Of a stretch of DNA of 64,000 nucleotides, positions 55,498-64,000 are shown piece after piece. The first letter of the stretch is position 1. Each line of letters begins with the position of its first letter. The translations under genes and the position numbers were made by a program. Below the pieces are notes generated by a model. It was not told where the DNA came from. It saw nothing but the letters and a program-made list of their open reading frames with translations, and searched no databases. This DNA comes from a virus, in the IMG/VR virus record IMGVR_UViG_3300002307_000034, positions 1 to 64,000 of that record. The stretch is one strand, 5' to 3'.

Positions 55498-55815
55498 CTA
55501 GCCCTCCACAACGTGTCCAAGTCCTAAACCAATTCCAAAGCCGTCTTGCTTTGCTCGGAAACCAGTTACCTTGGCTATATCATCATCCTCAGACGATGAA
55601 TTTTCATCTAGGTCCACGCCTTGTAAGGCTGCGAAAAATCTTTTATCTCTTGTGTCTTTTTCACTTATTGCTTTTAATGTAAGCATAAGTTCTTCAACAG
55701 ACATCGAAGATTCAAGTTCTTCGTAATTCTTCCAGTGACCTAGAAGAAAAGCTTCAGATTCTAAAGTGGCGAGATCTAGAGATTCCCAGTTAGATTCGCC
55801 CCTGGGAAGTTTGGG
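55498..55815 (-). CDS. tail assembly chaperone, -1 frameshift extension
   Basis: -1 frame open from C-CCA-AAC (55809-55815) through WESLDLATLESEAFLLGHWK into the 55498..55704 ORF. Confidence 0.75.
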   Translation of the reverse strand, partial: PKLPRGESNWESLDLATLESEAFLLGHWKNYEELESSMSVEELMLTLKAISEKDTRDKRFFAALQGVDLDENSSSEDDDIAKVTGFRAKQDGFGIGLGLGHVVEG

Positions 55816-56117
55816 TCTGTGTCATTTAACTTTAACCCGCCTGCTATTTCAAGAATCTTCATTAGCGTTGGAATTTCGATAGTTGATTCAAATAAATCTC
55901 TATCTAAAGCCAGGTCTGGGGAAAATTGTTCCATGCAGATCATTCCAGCTTCTACAAAAATTTCCATAGCATCTTCTTCAGTTTTAACTGAATCATCTTG
56001 TAACTTTTTTACTACTGCTAGGAATTTCTTTAAATGTTTAATTGTTAATGGTTTAATTGATATTGTTTTATCATTGGACAACTTAATTTCAAGTGTGTCA
56101 TATACTGTTGTTGGCAT
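55776..56117 (-). CDS. tail assembly chaperone
   Basis: between major tail and TMP; slippery heptamer near its end. Confidence 0.8.
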   Translation of the reverse strand: MPTTVYDTLEIKLSNDKTISIKPLTIKHLKKFLAVVKKLQDDSVKTEEDAMEIFVEAGMICMEQFSPDLALDRDLFESTIEIPTLMKILEIAGGLKLNDTDPNFPGANLTGNL

Positions 56118-56167
56118 TTTGCTCCTTTAGGTCTAATCAAAATTATATCAAAATTTATAATAAAAAC

Positions 56168-56200
56168 ATAAACACCCCCCATAAAATGGGGGGCATTTAT
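56168..56200 (-). terminator. intrinsic terminator after the major tail gene
   Basis: CCCCCCAU/AUGGGGGG stem plus U tract on the minus strand. Confidence 0.8.
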
Positions 56201-56216
56201 TCACTATATTAAATTA

Positions 56217-56945
56217 TTAGTATGTTGAGTAAACTCTATCAACGATAACGCCATATTCTGCACCGTCGTAATCATCCTTATCGTCTGGAAGACAACGGAA
56301 CTGAACTGGGAATACAGTTGCAGAGTCACGCTTCAAAGCATGTGATGTTACTTCAACTTGAACGATTCTACGTGCTACGTAAATACGTTCTTTCTTTGTT
56401 GTTGTAGATACATCTATTGGAGCTGCTTCTGAACCGATATTGCCTGGGGCATTACCGATTGCAACTAGTGAACGCTCTACTGGAGCATCTCCTAGAGCAC
56501 CTGCTGCTAAATTCAACTTTGCATTTGCTGCGTTTGCAGAAGCAGATGTTCCAACAGTAAGTGTTGAATTTGCTGTTCCAACAGAACCGCTGTATGTAAC
56601 ATACTGGTCTTGCTGGCCAAATACTATGTGAAGGTTTTCAAGAGTAGCTTCATTGAGTTCTGTCTTAAGAAGAACTTTAACTGTTTGCTTGAAAAGACGA
56701 GCTGCATCAAGAAGTTGATCAACCATAACTTCACCATATCCTGGTTCGTATGATACTTCAAGTCCTTGACTTGTGTAACCTAAATCTCTCCATGCATCCT
56801 TACCATTAAGGTAACCTGCTGCCTTTTGAGTTCCCCATGCTAAGTCTCCAGAACCTGGAACTGTTGATGGACGATCTGCACCGTCAGCTGTACTGATAAA
56901 AAGTTGTGCTGCACCTACGATTATATTTTTTACATTTGCTGCCAT
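56217..56945 (-). CDS. major tail (tube) protein
   Basis: NIIVGAA.LF, DLGYT..G, VDQLLD, L.EATLENL, F.V.FR; position. Confidence 0.85.
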   Translation of the reverse strand: MAANVKNIIVGAAQLFISTADGADRPSTVPGSGDLAWGTQKAAGYLNGKDAWRDLGYTSQGLEVSYEPGYGEVMVDQLLDAARLFKQTVKVLLKTELNEATLENLHIVFGQQDQYVTYSGSVGTANSTLTVGTSASANAANAKLNLAAGALGDAPVERSLVAIGNAPGNIGSEAAPIDVSTTTKKERIYVARRIVQVEVTSHALKRDSATVFPVQFRCLPDDKDDYDGAEYGVIVDRVYSTY

Positions 56946-57034
56946 TTATTTATTTCACCGCCTTATTTTTTATAAAATTGGGCTAAAATCTTTCCTCGTA
57001 TGTAAATAGTATCATAGGGAAAGAATAATGCCAA

Positions 57035-57541
57035 TTAAAATCTTCCGTTTCCGTCAGTTTTTCTGGAATAGGAATAAGAAAGGGCAATTTGCCCAGTTTG
57101 AAAATCACCTTCAGAACTATAAGGTTCTGGAGAGAAAATATTATCTATAAGTATATGATGAAATTGAAATTCTGTATCTCCTGCAAGATATGTATTAACA
57201 TCTTTTGCACTTTCATCATATCGTCTAAATAGGTCTTGAACTAAATTTGTTATTTTGTTTATTAGCTCATAATTTTGTGAAAATACTGCCAAGGTCATCA
57301 TCTCGTCTGACATCCACCATTGGACTGGAATAGTCTTTACTTCAAAATCATAAATTATATAGCTTTTACCTGGAAGCAAATTGTTAAATTCTGGTACTTG
57401 TTGAACAGGAATTATTGGCACAAGTGCTTCATCAAAACCATCTGCATAATAATCATTTATATCTAGCAAGCCTGAATCTTGAATTTTTTGCCACAAATAT
57501 GATCTAATATTTGCCGAAGCTAATTTATTATAATCTGTCAT
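57035..57541 (-). CDS. tail terminator / completion protein
   Basis: position upstream of the major tail gene; size. Confidence 0.6.
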   Translation of the reverse strand: MTDYNKLASANIRSYLWQKIQDSGLLDINDYYADGFDEALVPIIPVQQVPEFNNLLPGKSYIIYDFEVKTIPVQWWMSDEMMTLAVFSQNYELINKITNLVQDLFRRYDESAKDVNTYLAGDTEFQFHHILIDNIFSPEPYSSEGDFQTGQIALSYSYSRKTDGNGRF

Positions 57542-58263
57542 AATACGTATTCATCCTTTGAGTATTGTTTTAATAGATTGGTAACTGCACTTCTAATTTG
57601 TGCTGCTCCCGCACCTTTATTATTTAAAATTTTTGCAGTCTCTGAATCAATTGCTTGAAGTATTCCAGAAGAATTAATTATAGATTCAACTTTTGTTTGA
57701 AACCATGTATTAAAAAATTTTTCAAAAGATCCTTTAACTTGAATGCCACCTGGGTGTTGTATATTTATTAAGGTTCCAGCTGCTACAAAATTAACTTTTG
57801 ATCCATCTGGTATAGGAGTATTTTTAGAAGTTCTATAAATTATAGGGTTGCCTTTTTCCATAACAGAAGCTTTATCTTTAAAGATATTTTTTGAAGAAAC
57901 TATTTTACCATTTCTACCTGGCGTTAATAGTTGTGGAGCAATAGGAACATTTTTCTTTGATTGCATAAAACCTGGTTTTATAATTAATTTTCCATTTGAA
58001 GCTGATTCTTTGTATAAAAAGAATAATCTTTGTGAATTATTACCTGTAGCTCCCCATTCATAAATATGATGATATGCTTTAGGTTTTGCTTTTGCCTCAG
58101 TATTAATTGCTTTAATGAAAGCTTTACCACTTAATGTAAATATAGCATTTGCTAATTCCGTCAATACAGCTTTAGATTGAAGTTCTTTAATTCCGTTTAA
58201 TTTTAAATCAAGTTCTGATTCTATTTTTAAAATATCAAATTTATTTGCCGAGAGTGTTATCAT
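57538..58263 (-). CDS. neck / tail completion protein
   Basis: HHIYEW, F..KA.VME.G; position; likely start MITLS. Confidence 0.55.
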   Translation of the reverse strand: MITLSANKFDILKIESELDLKLNGIKELQSKAVLTELANAIFTLSGKAFIKAINTEAKAKPKAYHHIYEWGATGNNSQRLFFLYKESASNGKLIIKPGFMQSKKNVPIAPQLLTPGRNGKIVSSKNIFKDKASVMEKGNPIIYRTSKNTPIPDGSKVNFVAAGTLINIQHPGGIQVKGSFEKFFNTWFQTKVESIINSSGILQAIDSETAKILNNKGAGAAQIRSAVTNLLKQYSKDEYVL

Positions 58264-58690
58264 TTTGTATATGTACCCTTTGCAACGTGATTTCATAATA
58301 TGAAACTTTACCAAATGGATCTAGCACAGCATGAGATGACATTACGTCAAATATAGTATCTGGCATATCAAATTTATCAATTTCAAAATAAACTTGTTTT
58401 CCATCATTTGATTTTATACCTGAGACTCTCCATCTTTTTGAAAATGGGGTTAGGCATTTCATTTTTAACTGAAGCTTTTCATCATATTCATTATGTTTGC
58501 CAATATCAAATCTTTTATTATCTGCTCTATTTGAAGCACCACTAGATTTGATTGGTTCTATCTTACAAGGAATAGTTCTATCATAAACCCATTCTCTTAC
58601 AATAGTCCCGCTTTCAGATGATTGTTTATTTTGCTGAACTAAGACATCAGCAGACATGTTCATGATACTACCAATGAATGAGTTAGGCAT
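58241..58690 (-). CDS. head-closure (stopper) protein
   Basis: Q....G...REW....TI.C, DPFG; position. Confidence 0.65.
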   Translation of the reverse strand: MPNSFIGSIMNMSADVLVQQNKQSSESGTIVREWVYDRTIPCKIEPIKSSGASNRADNKRFDIGKHNEYDEKLQLKMKCLTPFSKRWRVSGIKSNDGKQVYFEIDKFDMPDTIFDVMSSHAVLDPFGKVSYYEITLQRVHIQNDNTLGK

Positions 58691-59631
58691 TAAATAATCA
58701 CAATCCCAACTGTGCGGTAATTATCAAGAATATTATCAACAATCAAATCACCAGTTCCGCTAAATGCTCCACCATCAAGTTCAAATGAAATTTCAGAAAG
58801 ATTAACTTTTTTAAGATATCTTTCTCTCCACTCAGCGTCTCTTGACAATAAGTTCCCAACTAGTCTTATTGCACAAAATTTAACATCGTTTGGAACATAT
58901 GTCCAACCAATTTCTCCATAAACTTTATACCTTGAATGCTCTCTAAATCTTCCACCGTAAAGTGTTGTTACATCCATTTGTCCATCATATTCAGGATTAT
59001 ATGAATCTCTTACAATTCTTAAAGCTTTATTGGTTGTAGAAAGTTCAATATCTGAACCAAATGTGTTATATACTGGATCTTGAGTATAATCAATAATTAA
59101 AACGCCATCTTCATATAATTTTTCAACGCTTATCATTCTTTGCAAAAGCTCCATTTGATTAGAACCATATCCAAATTGTTCTTGATCTCCCCAGGCTCTT
59201 CCAAATGTTTGACTTGTGTAACTTTCAATTTGATAACGTGCAAGACGTTCTGCATAAACTATTTCATCATGGCTTTTGTAATTTAAATCTTGTGGACGTG
59301 TTCCAAAGTTATAATAATCTATTATATCGCTTGCATAAGCGTATGGAGTAAATACTTCATAAAAATCTTCAGAAGATATGGCTTTACCATTTACTGTGTA
59401 ATCCCATTGAAGTCTTAATACACGGTTTAAGTTAGTATATTCTGGATCTAAATCAAATGTATATTTGCCAATAGCGGGGTCATTAAAAGCAACCCCGCCA
59501 GTGCCAACTGGGGTACCATAATTTGCATCAGTAACAGAAACTAAAACGTCTCCATCTGCGTTAGCAAGTTCTCCTCTAACGTAGATTTCAAATTCTGCAT
59601 TTTCAGTTGTTCCTCTAACTATTTGATGCAT
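58690..59631 (-). CDS. head-to-tail adaptor
   Basis: AR..IESYT.Q.F, GW..VP.DV..CA..L, TG...VD.IL..Y. Confidence 0.75.
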   Translation of the reverse strand: MHQIVRGTTENAEFEIYVRGELANADGDVLVSVTDANYGTPVGTGGVAFNDPAIGKYTFDLDPEYTNLNRVLRLQWDYTVNGKAISSEDFYEVFTPYAYASDIIDYYNFGTRPQDLNYKSHDEIVYAERLARYQIESYTSQTFGRAWGDQEQFGYGSNQMELLQRMISVEKLYEDGVLIIDYTQDPVYNTFGSDIELSTTNKALRIVRDSYNPEYDGQMDVTTLYGGRFREHSRYKVYGEIGWTYVPNDVKFCAIRLVGNLLSRDAEWRERYLKKVNLSEISFELDGGAFSGTGDLIVDNILDNYRTVGIVII

Positions 59632-59645
59632 TTATTACCCCCTAT

Positions 59646-60032
59646 TTAATTATAAAACTCTTGTGCCTCTCTTGGGGTTGCTGGGCGAAAGCCTGGCTCT
59701 GTATCAAAGATACGCTGTGCGTCATCTTCAGACATAGCCACAAATGGATGCTGTTGTGTAAACGTATATCCATAAACAGTATATGATGGATTAGCTTTAT
59801 CCATTCTTACCAAGATAGTATTTGCCTTATTAAGATTAATTTTCTTTTCAGGCTTTGGTTCATCTAGCTCAACCTTATCTGCACCGCTAAATTGTGCATA
59901 AGCATCAAATGTGATGCCTTCTTCTGCTAGGGCTGAAATTATAGCTTGCTTTGAAGGTTTTTCTGGAACATCTACTCCAAAACCTTCTGCAATTTTTTTA
60001 AGTTCTGAGATCTTCAATGTGTTAAATGACAT
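59646..60032 (-). CDS. hypothetical virion-associated protein with Rho-N/HeH-like N-terminus
   Basis: LKISELKKIA..FG.....K..II; follows the capsid gene. Confidence 0.55.
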   Translation of the reverse strand: MSFNTLKISELKKIAEGFGVDVPEKPSKQAIISALAEEGITFDAYAQFSGADKVELDEPKPEKKINLNKANTILVRMDKANPSYTVYGYTFTQQHPFVAMSEDDAQRIFDTEPGFRPATPREAQEFYN

Positions 60033-60081
60033 AGTAATCCTTTCATCTCAAGTAAATTATACCATTTGTATTAATAAAAGT

Positions 60082-60116
60082 ATAAGGGGGAAGATAATTA
60101 AATCTTCCCCGCTTAT
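60082..60116 (-). terminator. intrinsic terminator after the capsid gene
   Basis: ggggaagat-aattaa-atcttcccc plus U-rich tail. Confidence 0.8.
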
Positions 60117-60135
60117 TTGCACCTTAAAGGTTATA

Positions 60136-61299
60136 TTAGAATGTGCCTCTTGCGTGTGTCACTGGGTTTGATACCAATGAACCGTGAGTTACAGATCCGA
60201 GTGTACCGAGATCAGTACCTCCAACCTTAACATTCTTTACGATAACGTGTGCGTCATAGTTCTCGAATGCACAGCCGACACGGATGAATAGTGTATATTC
60301 AATTGTGTCTTTCTTTGGCTGGAAGAGACGATAGACAACTACGTCACGCTTAATACCAACTATGAAGTTCTGTGGGAATGTCAAGTGGACATCTCCAAAG
60401 AGACCTGAAGAGTTGTTATAACCGCTTTCTCCATATGCCTTACCCGCTGAATCACGAGTTTCGTCCATAAGAGGAACGTTGATGACTGGAATGCCGAATG
60501 CAAATGGAGTTGTAGATCCTGGTCCGCCGTCGTTTGCGACAACATCACCACGAATAACGCCAGAAGCGATATCCCATGGATTTACTGATCCTGCATTAGC
60601 TGTCAAGTTGTATAGGTAATCTTGTACGAGGTTTGATCCTACGAAGAAGCGAAGCTGATTGCGACGCTGCTTGTACTTACGTGGCAAGGTTTTAATTGCT
60701 GTATTGAATACAGCCTTGTCCAACCCTTGTGCATTACCATCAACAACGTGTGCGTTGGCAATAGCTTGTGCACGGAATCCAGGGAATGCTGACATAAGTC
60801 CGCTTCCTGTACTTCCAACACCGTTGATAAGAGTATCTTCGATATCGTTACCAGCTTGAGTTGCCATCAAACGTGCAATATGATCTTCTAGGTCTGGACC
60901 CTCAAGGTTGTCTTCTAGTGCCTCAGCTGAGAGTTCCCAGTCGAGACGAAGCTTGCGAGTTGTCAAAGAGATCTTTGAGAATGTAGCTGCTGCAGTTGGA
61001 TAACCGCCGTCTTGTGGTCCGAAATTTGTAAAATCACGAGGATTCTCTTCGGATGCTACTGTCATTAATCTTTGTCCTACAGACACACGATCAATTTCTG
61101 TGGTGTTACTACGCATACGGATTGTACGTGCAGCTTTAGCGAGGATAGTCGCATCCCACATGTAGTCAAGGAAACGGTTGGCTTGATCTGGATAGAGAAG
61201 ACCTGTACCTGAAAGGGTACGACCATCGCCTGATAGATCAGAACCTGCTGTTCCGAGATTTGTTGTATCAATTACTTTTTGTAATAGTTCGTTGCTCAT
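60136..61299 (-). CDS. major capsid protein (HK97 fold)
   Basis: GLL.P.QA.RF, L.T.KL...ELS.E.LEDN.EG, NDIE...ING; biased high-expression codons. Confidence 0.92.
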   Translation of the reverse strand: MSNELLQKVIDTTNLGTAGSDLSGDGRTLSGTGLLYPDQANRFLDYMWDATILAKAARTIRMRSNTTEIDRVSVGQRLMTVASEENPRDFTNFGPQDGGYPTAAATFSKISLTTRKLRLDWELSAEALEDNLEGPDLEDHIARLMATQAGNDIEDTLINGVGSTGSGLMSAFPGFRAQAIANAHVVDGNAQGLDKAVFNTAIKTLPRKYKQRRNQLRFFVGSNLVQDYLYNLTANAGSVNPWDIASGVIRGDVVANDGGPGSTTPFAFGIPVINVPLMDETRDSAGKAYGESGYNNSSGLFGDVHLTFPQNFIVGIKRDVVVYRLFQPKKDTIEYTLFIRVGCAFENYDAHVIVKNVKVGGTDLGTLGSVTHGSLVSNPVTHARGTF

Positions 61300-61334
61300 T
61301 TATTTATTTCACCGCCTTTGTTTTTGTTGATTTT

Positions 61335-62783
61335 TTATAGGTCTTTGGTTCCGAGGAAGGATCCTTGCCAATCAAACTCCATATTTTTACGAAGTTTATT
61401 TTCCCTTGAGCTTTCTACTGCATCAAAGGACTTTTGTACCGCAGTATCACTTTCATAAGCTCCGAGTCTCTTTTCTAGGGACTCAAAACGCTTAAAGAAA
61501 TCAGCAATGTTATTTGTGATGTCTGTGAGTTCTTTCTTCATGCCTTCTACGGCACTCATGTATTCGGCTTTTGCTGCCTCTACTGACTCTACTGACTTTT
61601 TAATTGCTTCTGATGATTCTGCAGAATTCTTATTTAGTGCTTCACTAAAGAGGTCACGCATATCAGTCAACATCTTTGCAAAAGGTTCTGTTGCCCCTGC
61701 GTTGGTGACGGACTTCTCTACGCTTTCTTCTGCTGGAGCATCTGCTGCTGGAGCATCTGCTGGAGTTGCATCTGTTGGTGCGTCTTCTGCTGAAGTATCT
61801 GTTGAAACTGCTTCTGCTGCTTCTACAACCTCTTCGGCTGTTTCTGTTACCGCATCATTATTTGTTTCGTCTGCCATTTTATTACCTCCTTTACTGAGTG
61901 AAGCATCTGCATCACTCTTATTTATTTTTGTTCCATCATTGAACAAAACTTTTTTAGGATTTTGATCAGGGTATAAATTAATTGTAGAATTAGAATTTAC
62001 AACTCCTGCATCTCCATCTTGTGTTGTTGCTGCATGATCTGGACCTGGAGCATCATCTTTTTTAAAATAATTGTCTACAATTTTTTGTATTGCAACACCT
62101 TTTTCAATAGATGAACTTTCAATCCAACCTATGTTTTCCATAGTTGCATTGCATATAACACAATCTTTATTTTCTGATTTTGTAGTTGATGCAATTTGAT
62201 CATGCTTGCACCAAAATACATTTTCTATTTTTGTATCTGCAGCTAGACCTTTTACTATTGTACTTCCATCAATATTCTTTTGAATAGAGAAAATACTTGC
62301 TAGAGGGTTTGCTGGTGAGTCAACTAGTGACAATTCTTGTAAATCATATTCTTTAATTACTCTGCGATCTTCTTTGTCATCGCCAGGTTCCATAGATGCA
62401 TGAACAATATTTCCACCAATTGAAAATCCAGTCATTGTTCCATCTAAAACTTTTTCCCATGTATCTTGTGCACCTTTTGAAACATATGCTTGTACATAAA
62501 TTCCTTTATAGGTTTTACCTGATTCTTTATCAAAATAATCTTCTGGGTGAAATGAAAGAACTTTGCCAACAGCAATTGGAGCATGCATTTCACGGAGGTT
62601 ACCTCTAAAACGTGCAAATGCTCTTTCGCTTGCATCTGATGTTACAATGTCGCCATGACGATCAATGTTGTCTAATGTAGCGAATCCAGAAACAGTTCTT
62701 TTTTCCTTATCAACTTTTGAGATTGGAAAGGACATATTTAGATGCGAACTGCTATTGTTCCAGTGTACTTTTTGAATGTTCAT
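61335..62783 (-). CDS. prohead protease (HK97-type) fused to scaffold domain
   Basis: V.GFAT...DR.GD, REMH, GFSIGG, ELSLVD.PAN; acidic linker and coiled-coil C-terminal half. Confidence 0.9.
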   Translation of the reverse strand: MNIQKVHWNNSSSHLNMSFPISKVDKEKRTVSGFATLDNIDRHGDIVTSDASERAFARFRGNLREMHAPIAVGKVLSFHPEDYFDKESGKTYKGIYVQAYVSKGAQDTWEKVLDGTMTGFSIGGNIVHASMEPGDDKEDRRVIKEYDLQELSLVDSPANPLASIFSIQKNIDGSTIVKGLAADTKIENVFWCKHDQIASTTKSENKDCVICNATMENIGWIESSSIEKGVAIQKIVDNYFKKDDAPGPDHAATTQDGDAGVVNSNSTINLYPDQNPKKVLFNDGTKINKSDADASLSKGGNKMADETNNDAVTETAEEVVEAAEAVSTDTSAEDAPTDATPADAPAADAPAEESVEKSVTNAGATEPFAKMLTDMRDLFSEALNKNSAESSEAIKKSVESVEAAKAEYMSAVEGMKKELTDITNNIADFFKRFESLEKRLGAYESDTAVQKSFDAVESSRENKLRKNMEFDWQGSFLGTKDL

Positions 62784-62835
62784 TCTATGTTAAATAATAT
62801 CAACGTTTGCTATAAAGGCAAAATATTATGATATA

Positions 62836-64000
62836 CTATTTTACTTTTCTACCTTCCCCTTTTCGGGCTCTGCCACTAACTGCTTCTTCTGGGGCAGCAT
62901 TTCTTGTTTTATCTCTACTTCTAGATTGCATAGTTTGAGCTTTTATTTCTGCTGCGTCCCCTGCTGGATCAAAAACTTCATCTCCAGAATCTATAGGGTT
63001 AAGGCCCATTCTCATTCTTATTTCATTAGGTTTTACGACCTGAGTGGTTAGATAAATTTGATCAATTTGTGCTTGTGACAATTCATCAGTAAGAGTAAGT
63101 TCTTCAAATTTGAATGAAAACATGTCTGTAAATTCTTTGATAATTTTATTAATTTGAATTTCAAGAGAATCTTGAGCTGGACGAGTAACCTGCTCTTTAA
63201 AGATTTTATCATCTAATGGGCTAGGTGTTCCATGGCCTATTTTAGATAATGGAGTTCTATGTGCAATTAAAATACGATCTCTATTTTCTATTGCATAATT
63301 TTGGAAAGAAGATTCTTGTTGTCCCGCCTCAACTGGCTTCATATCAAATTCTACACGAGAATTTTCTCCATCTGCTGGAAGTGGAATATAAAGAGTTCTG
63401 TGATTCTTGCCTTTTAAGCCGATCTGGAAAAATTCAAGAAGTTTACGTTCTGCATCAGCATTTAAACGAGCACCTTTAACTGTAATAATATATCTAGGCA
63501 CTGCTTTATTCTCAAAATAATCCAAGTTATATCGTGAAGCAAATTCATCACCAGCAACTGCATTCTTTGCGGATAAAATATCTGGAACTCCATAATATGT
63601 ATTTGTTGGAGTATATTTTTTAAAATGAATAACTTCATTTGGACGAGGATCTGTGCCTATTTGGTCCTGTGTGGTCTTATCGCCAAAGTTTCTAAAATAT
63701 GTATATCGGTTGTATACAACCTGTACAAAACCGTCTCTATGGCGTCTTATACGCATTGTAATGGCAGGTATATGACCTATGTATCCAATTTCGCCAGAAG
63801 ATGTTCTTCCAATTTCAAGATATCCATTTCCAGTTACCTCTAAATCTTTATAAATTTTTTTTATAATTTCTTCAAAAGAATCATCTGAATTAAGACTTTC
63901 TATCTTATCAGTCATTAATACTTTTGCACGTGAAATCTTTCTACGTAATCTTTCTAATGATACGTTATCTTCAGATGCATCTTCTAATTTATCTAAAACT
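62836..64000 (-). CDS. portal protein (5' part outside the window)
   Basis: TGNGY.E, EVIHFK, YYGVP, YFEN.AVP, NEIR..MGL.P; frame open to the window end. Confidence 0.92.
   Translation of the reverse strand, partial: VLDKLEDASEDNVSLERLRRKISRAKVLMTDKIESLNSDDSFEEIIKKIYKDLEVTGNGYLEIGRTSSGEIGYIGHIPAITMRIRRHRDGFVQVVYNRYTYFRNFGDKTTQDQIGTDPRPNEVIHFKKYTPTNTYYGVPDILSAKNAVAGDEFASRYNLDYFENKAVPRYIITVKGARLNADAERKLLEFFQIGLKGKNHRTLYIPLPADGENSRVEFDMKPVEAGQQESSFQNYAIENRDRILIAHRTPLSKIGHGTPSPLDDKIFKEQVTRPAQDSLEIQINKIIKEFTDMFSFKFEELTLTDELSQAQIDQIYLTTQVVKPNEIRMRMGLNPIDSGDEVFDPAGDAAEIKAQTMQSRSRDKTRNAAPEEAVSGRARKGEGRKVK

Noticed and set aside
1-64000. Alternative genetic code / stop-codon reassignment
   Set aside because: Core genes are full length in code 11, TAA, TAG and TGA all end genes, and no suppressor tRNA is present
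1-64000. Plus-strand ORFs in the track other than 13336..14250, and nested minus-strand alternative-frame ORFs
   Set aside because: They are antisense or out-of-frame shadows of well-supported genes or tRNAs (e.g. 9993..10205 overlaps tRNA-Leu; the Cys-rich 16488..16808 mirrors Ala-rich codons)

Overview
This 64-kb window is a fragment of a large, AT-rich tailed dsDNA phage, probably a siphovirus (2005-aa tape measure protein, no sheath gene seen). Almost all genes lie on the minus strand. Reading in the direction of transcription (right to left): a morphogenesis module (portal, prohead protease/scaffold, major capsid, neck, major tail, frameshifted tail chaperone, tape measure, tail tip proteins); a replication/recombination module (DnaB, primase, SSB, DnaE, RecA, Cas4-like and RuvC-like nucleases); terminase; then a ~23-kb accessory region. 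That region holds a CHAP endolysin, several secreted/surface proteins, scattered very AT-rich sugar-modification genes, eight tRNAs and stress genes (Hsp20, Dps, WhiB, thioredoxin, HslV-like, GroES, DenV-like). WhiB, an MshB/Mca-like deacetylase, a short-arm tRNA-Leu(UAA) and many apparently leaderless genes point to an actinobacterial host; a low-GC freshwater lineage is my inference. The best leads are: (i) three structured non-tRNA RNAs in the tRNA array, one starting at a predicted TSS and one with a loop pseudoknot plus a tRNA-like 3' end; (ii) a W-x-G-x-F motif shared by the scaffold C-terminus and two distant uncharacterised proteins, suggesting a capsid-targeting/cargo system; (iii) a module of a PA14 surface protein plus small membrane proteins; (iv) a dispersed glycosylation pathway. 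All family calls come from motif recognition by eye; no database searches were run.
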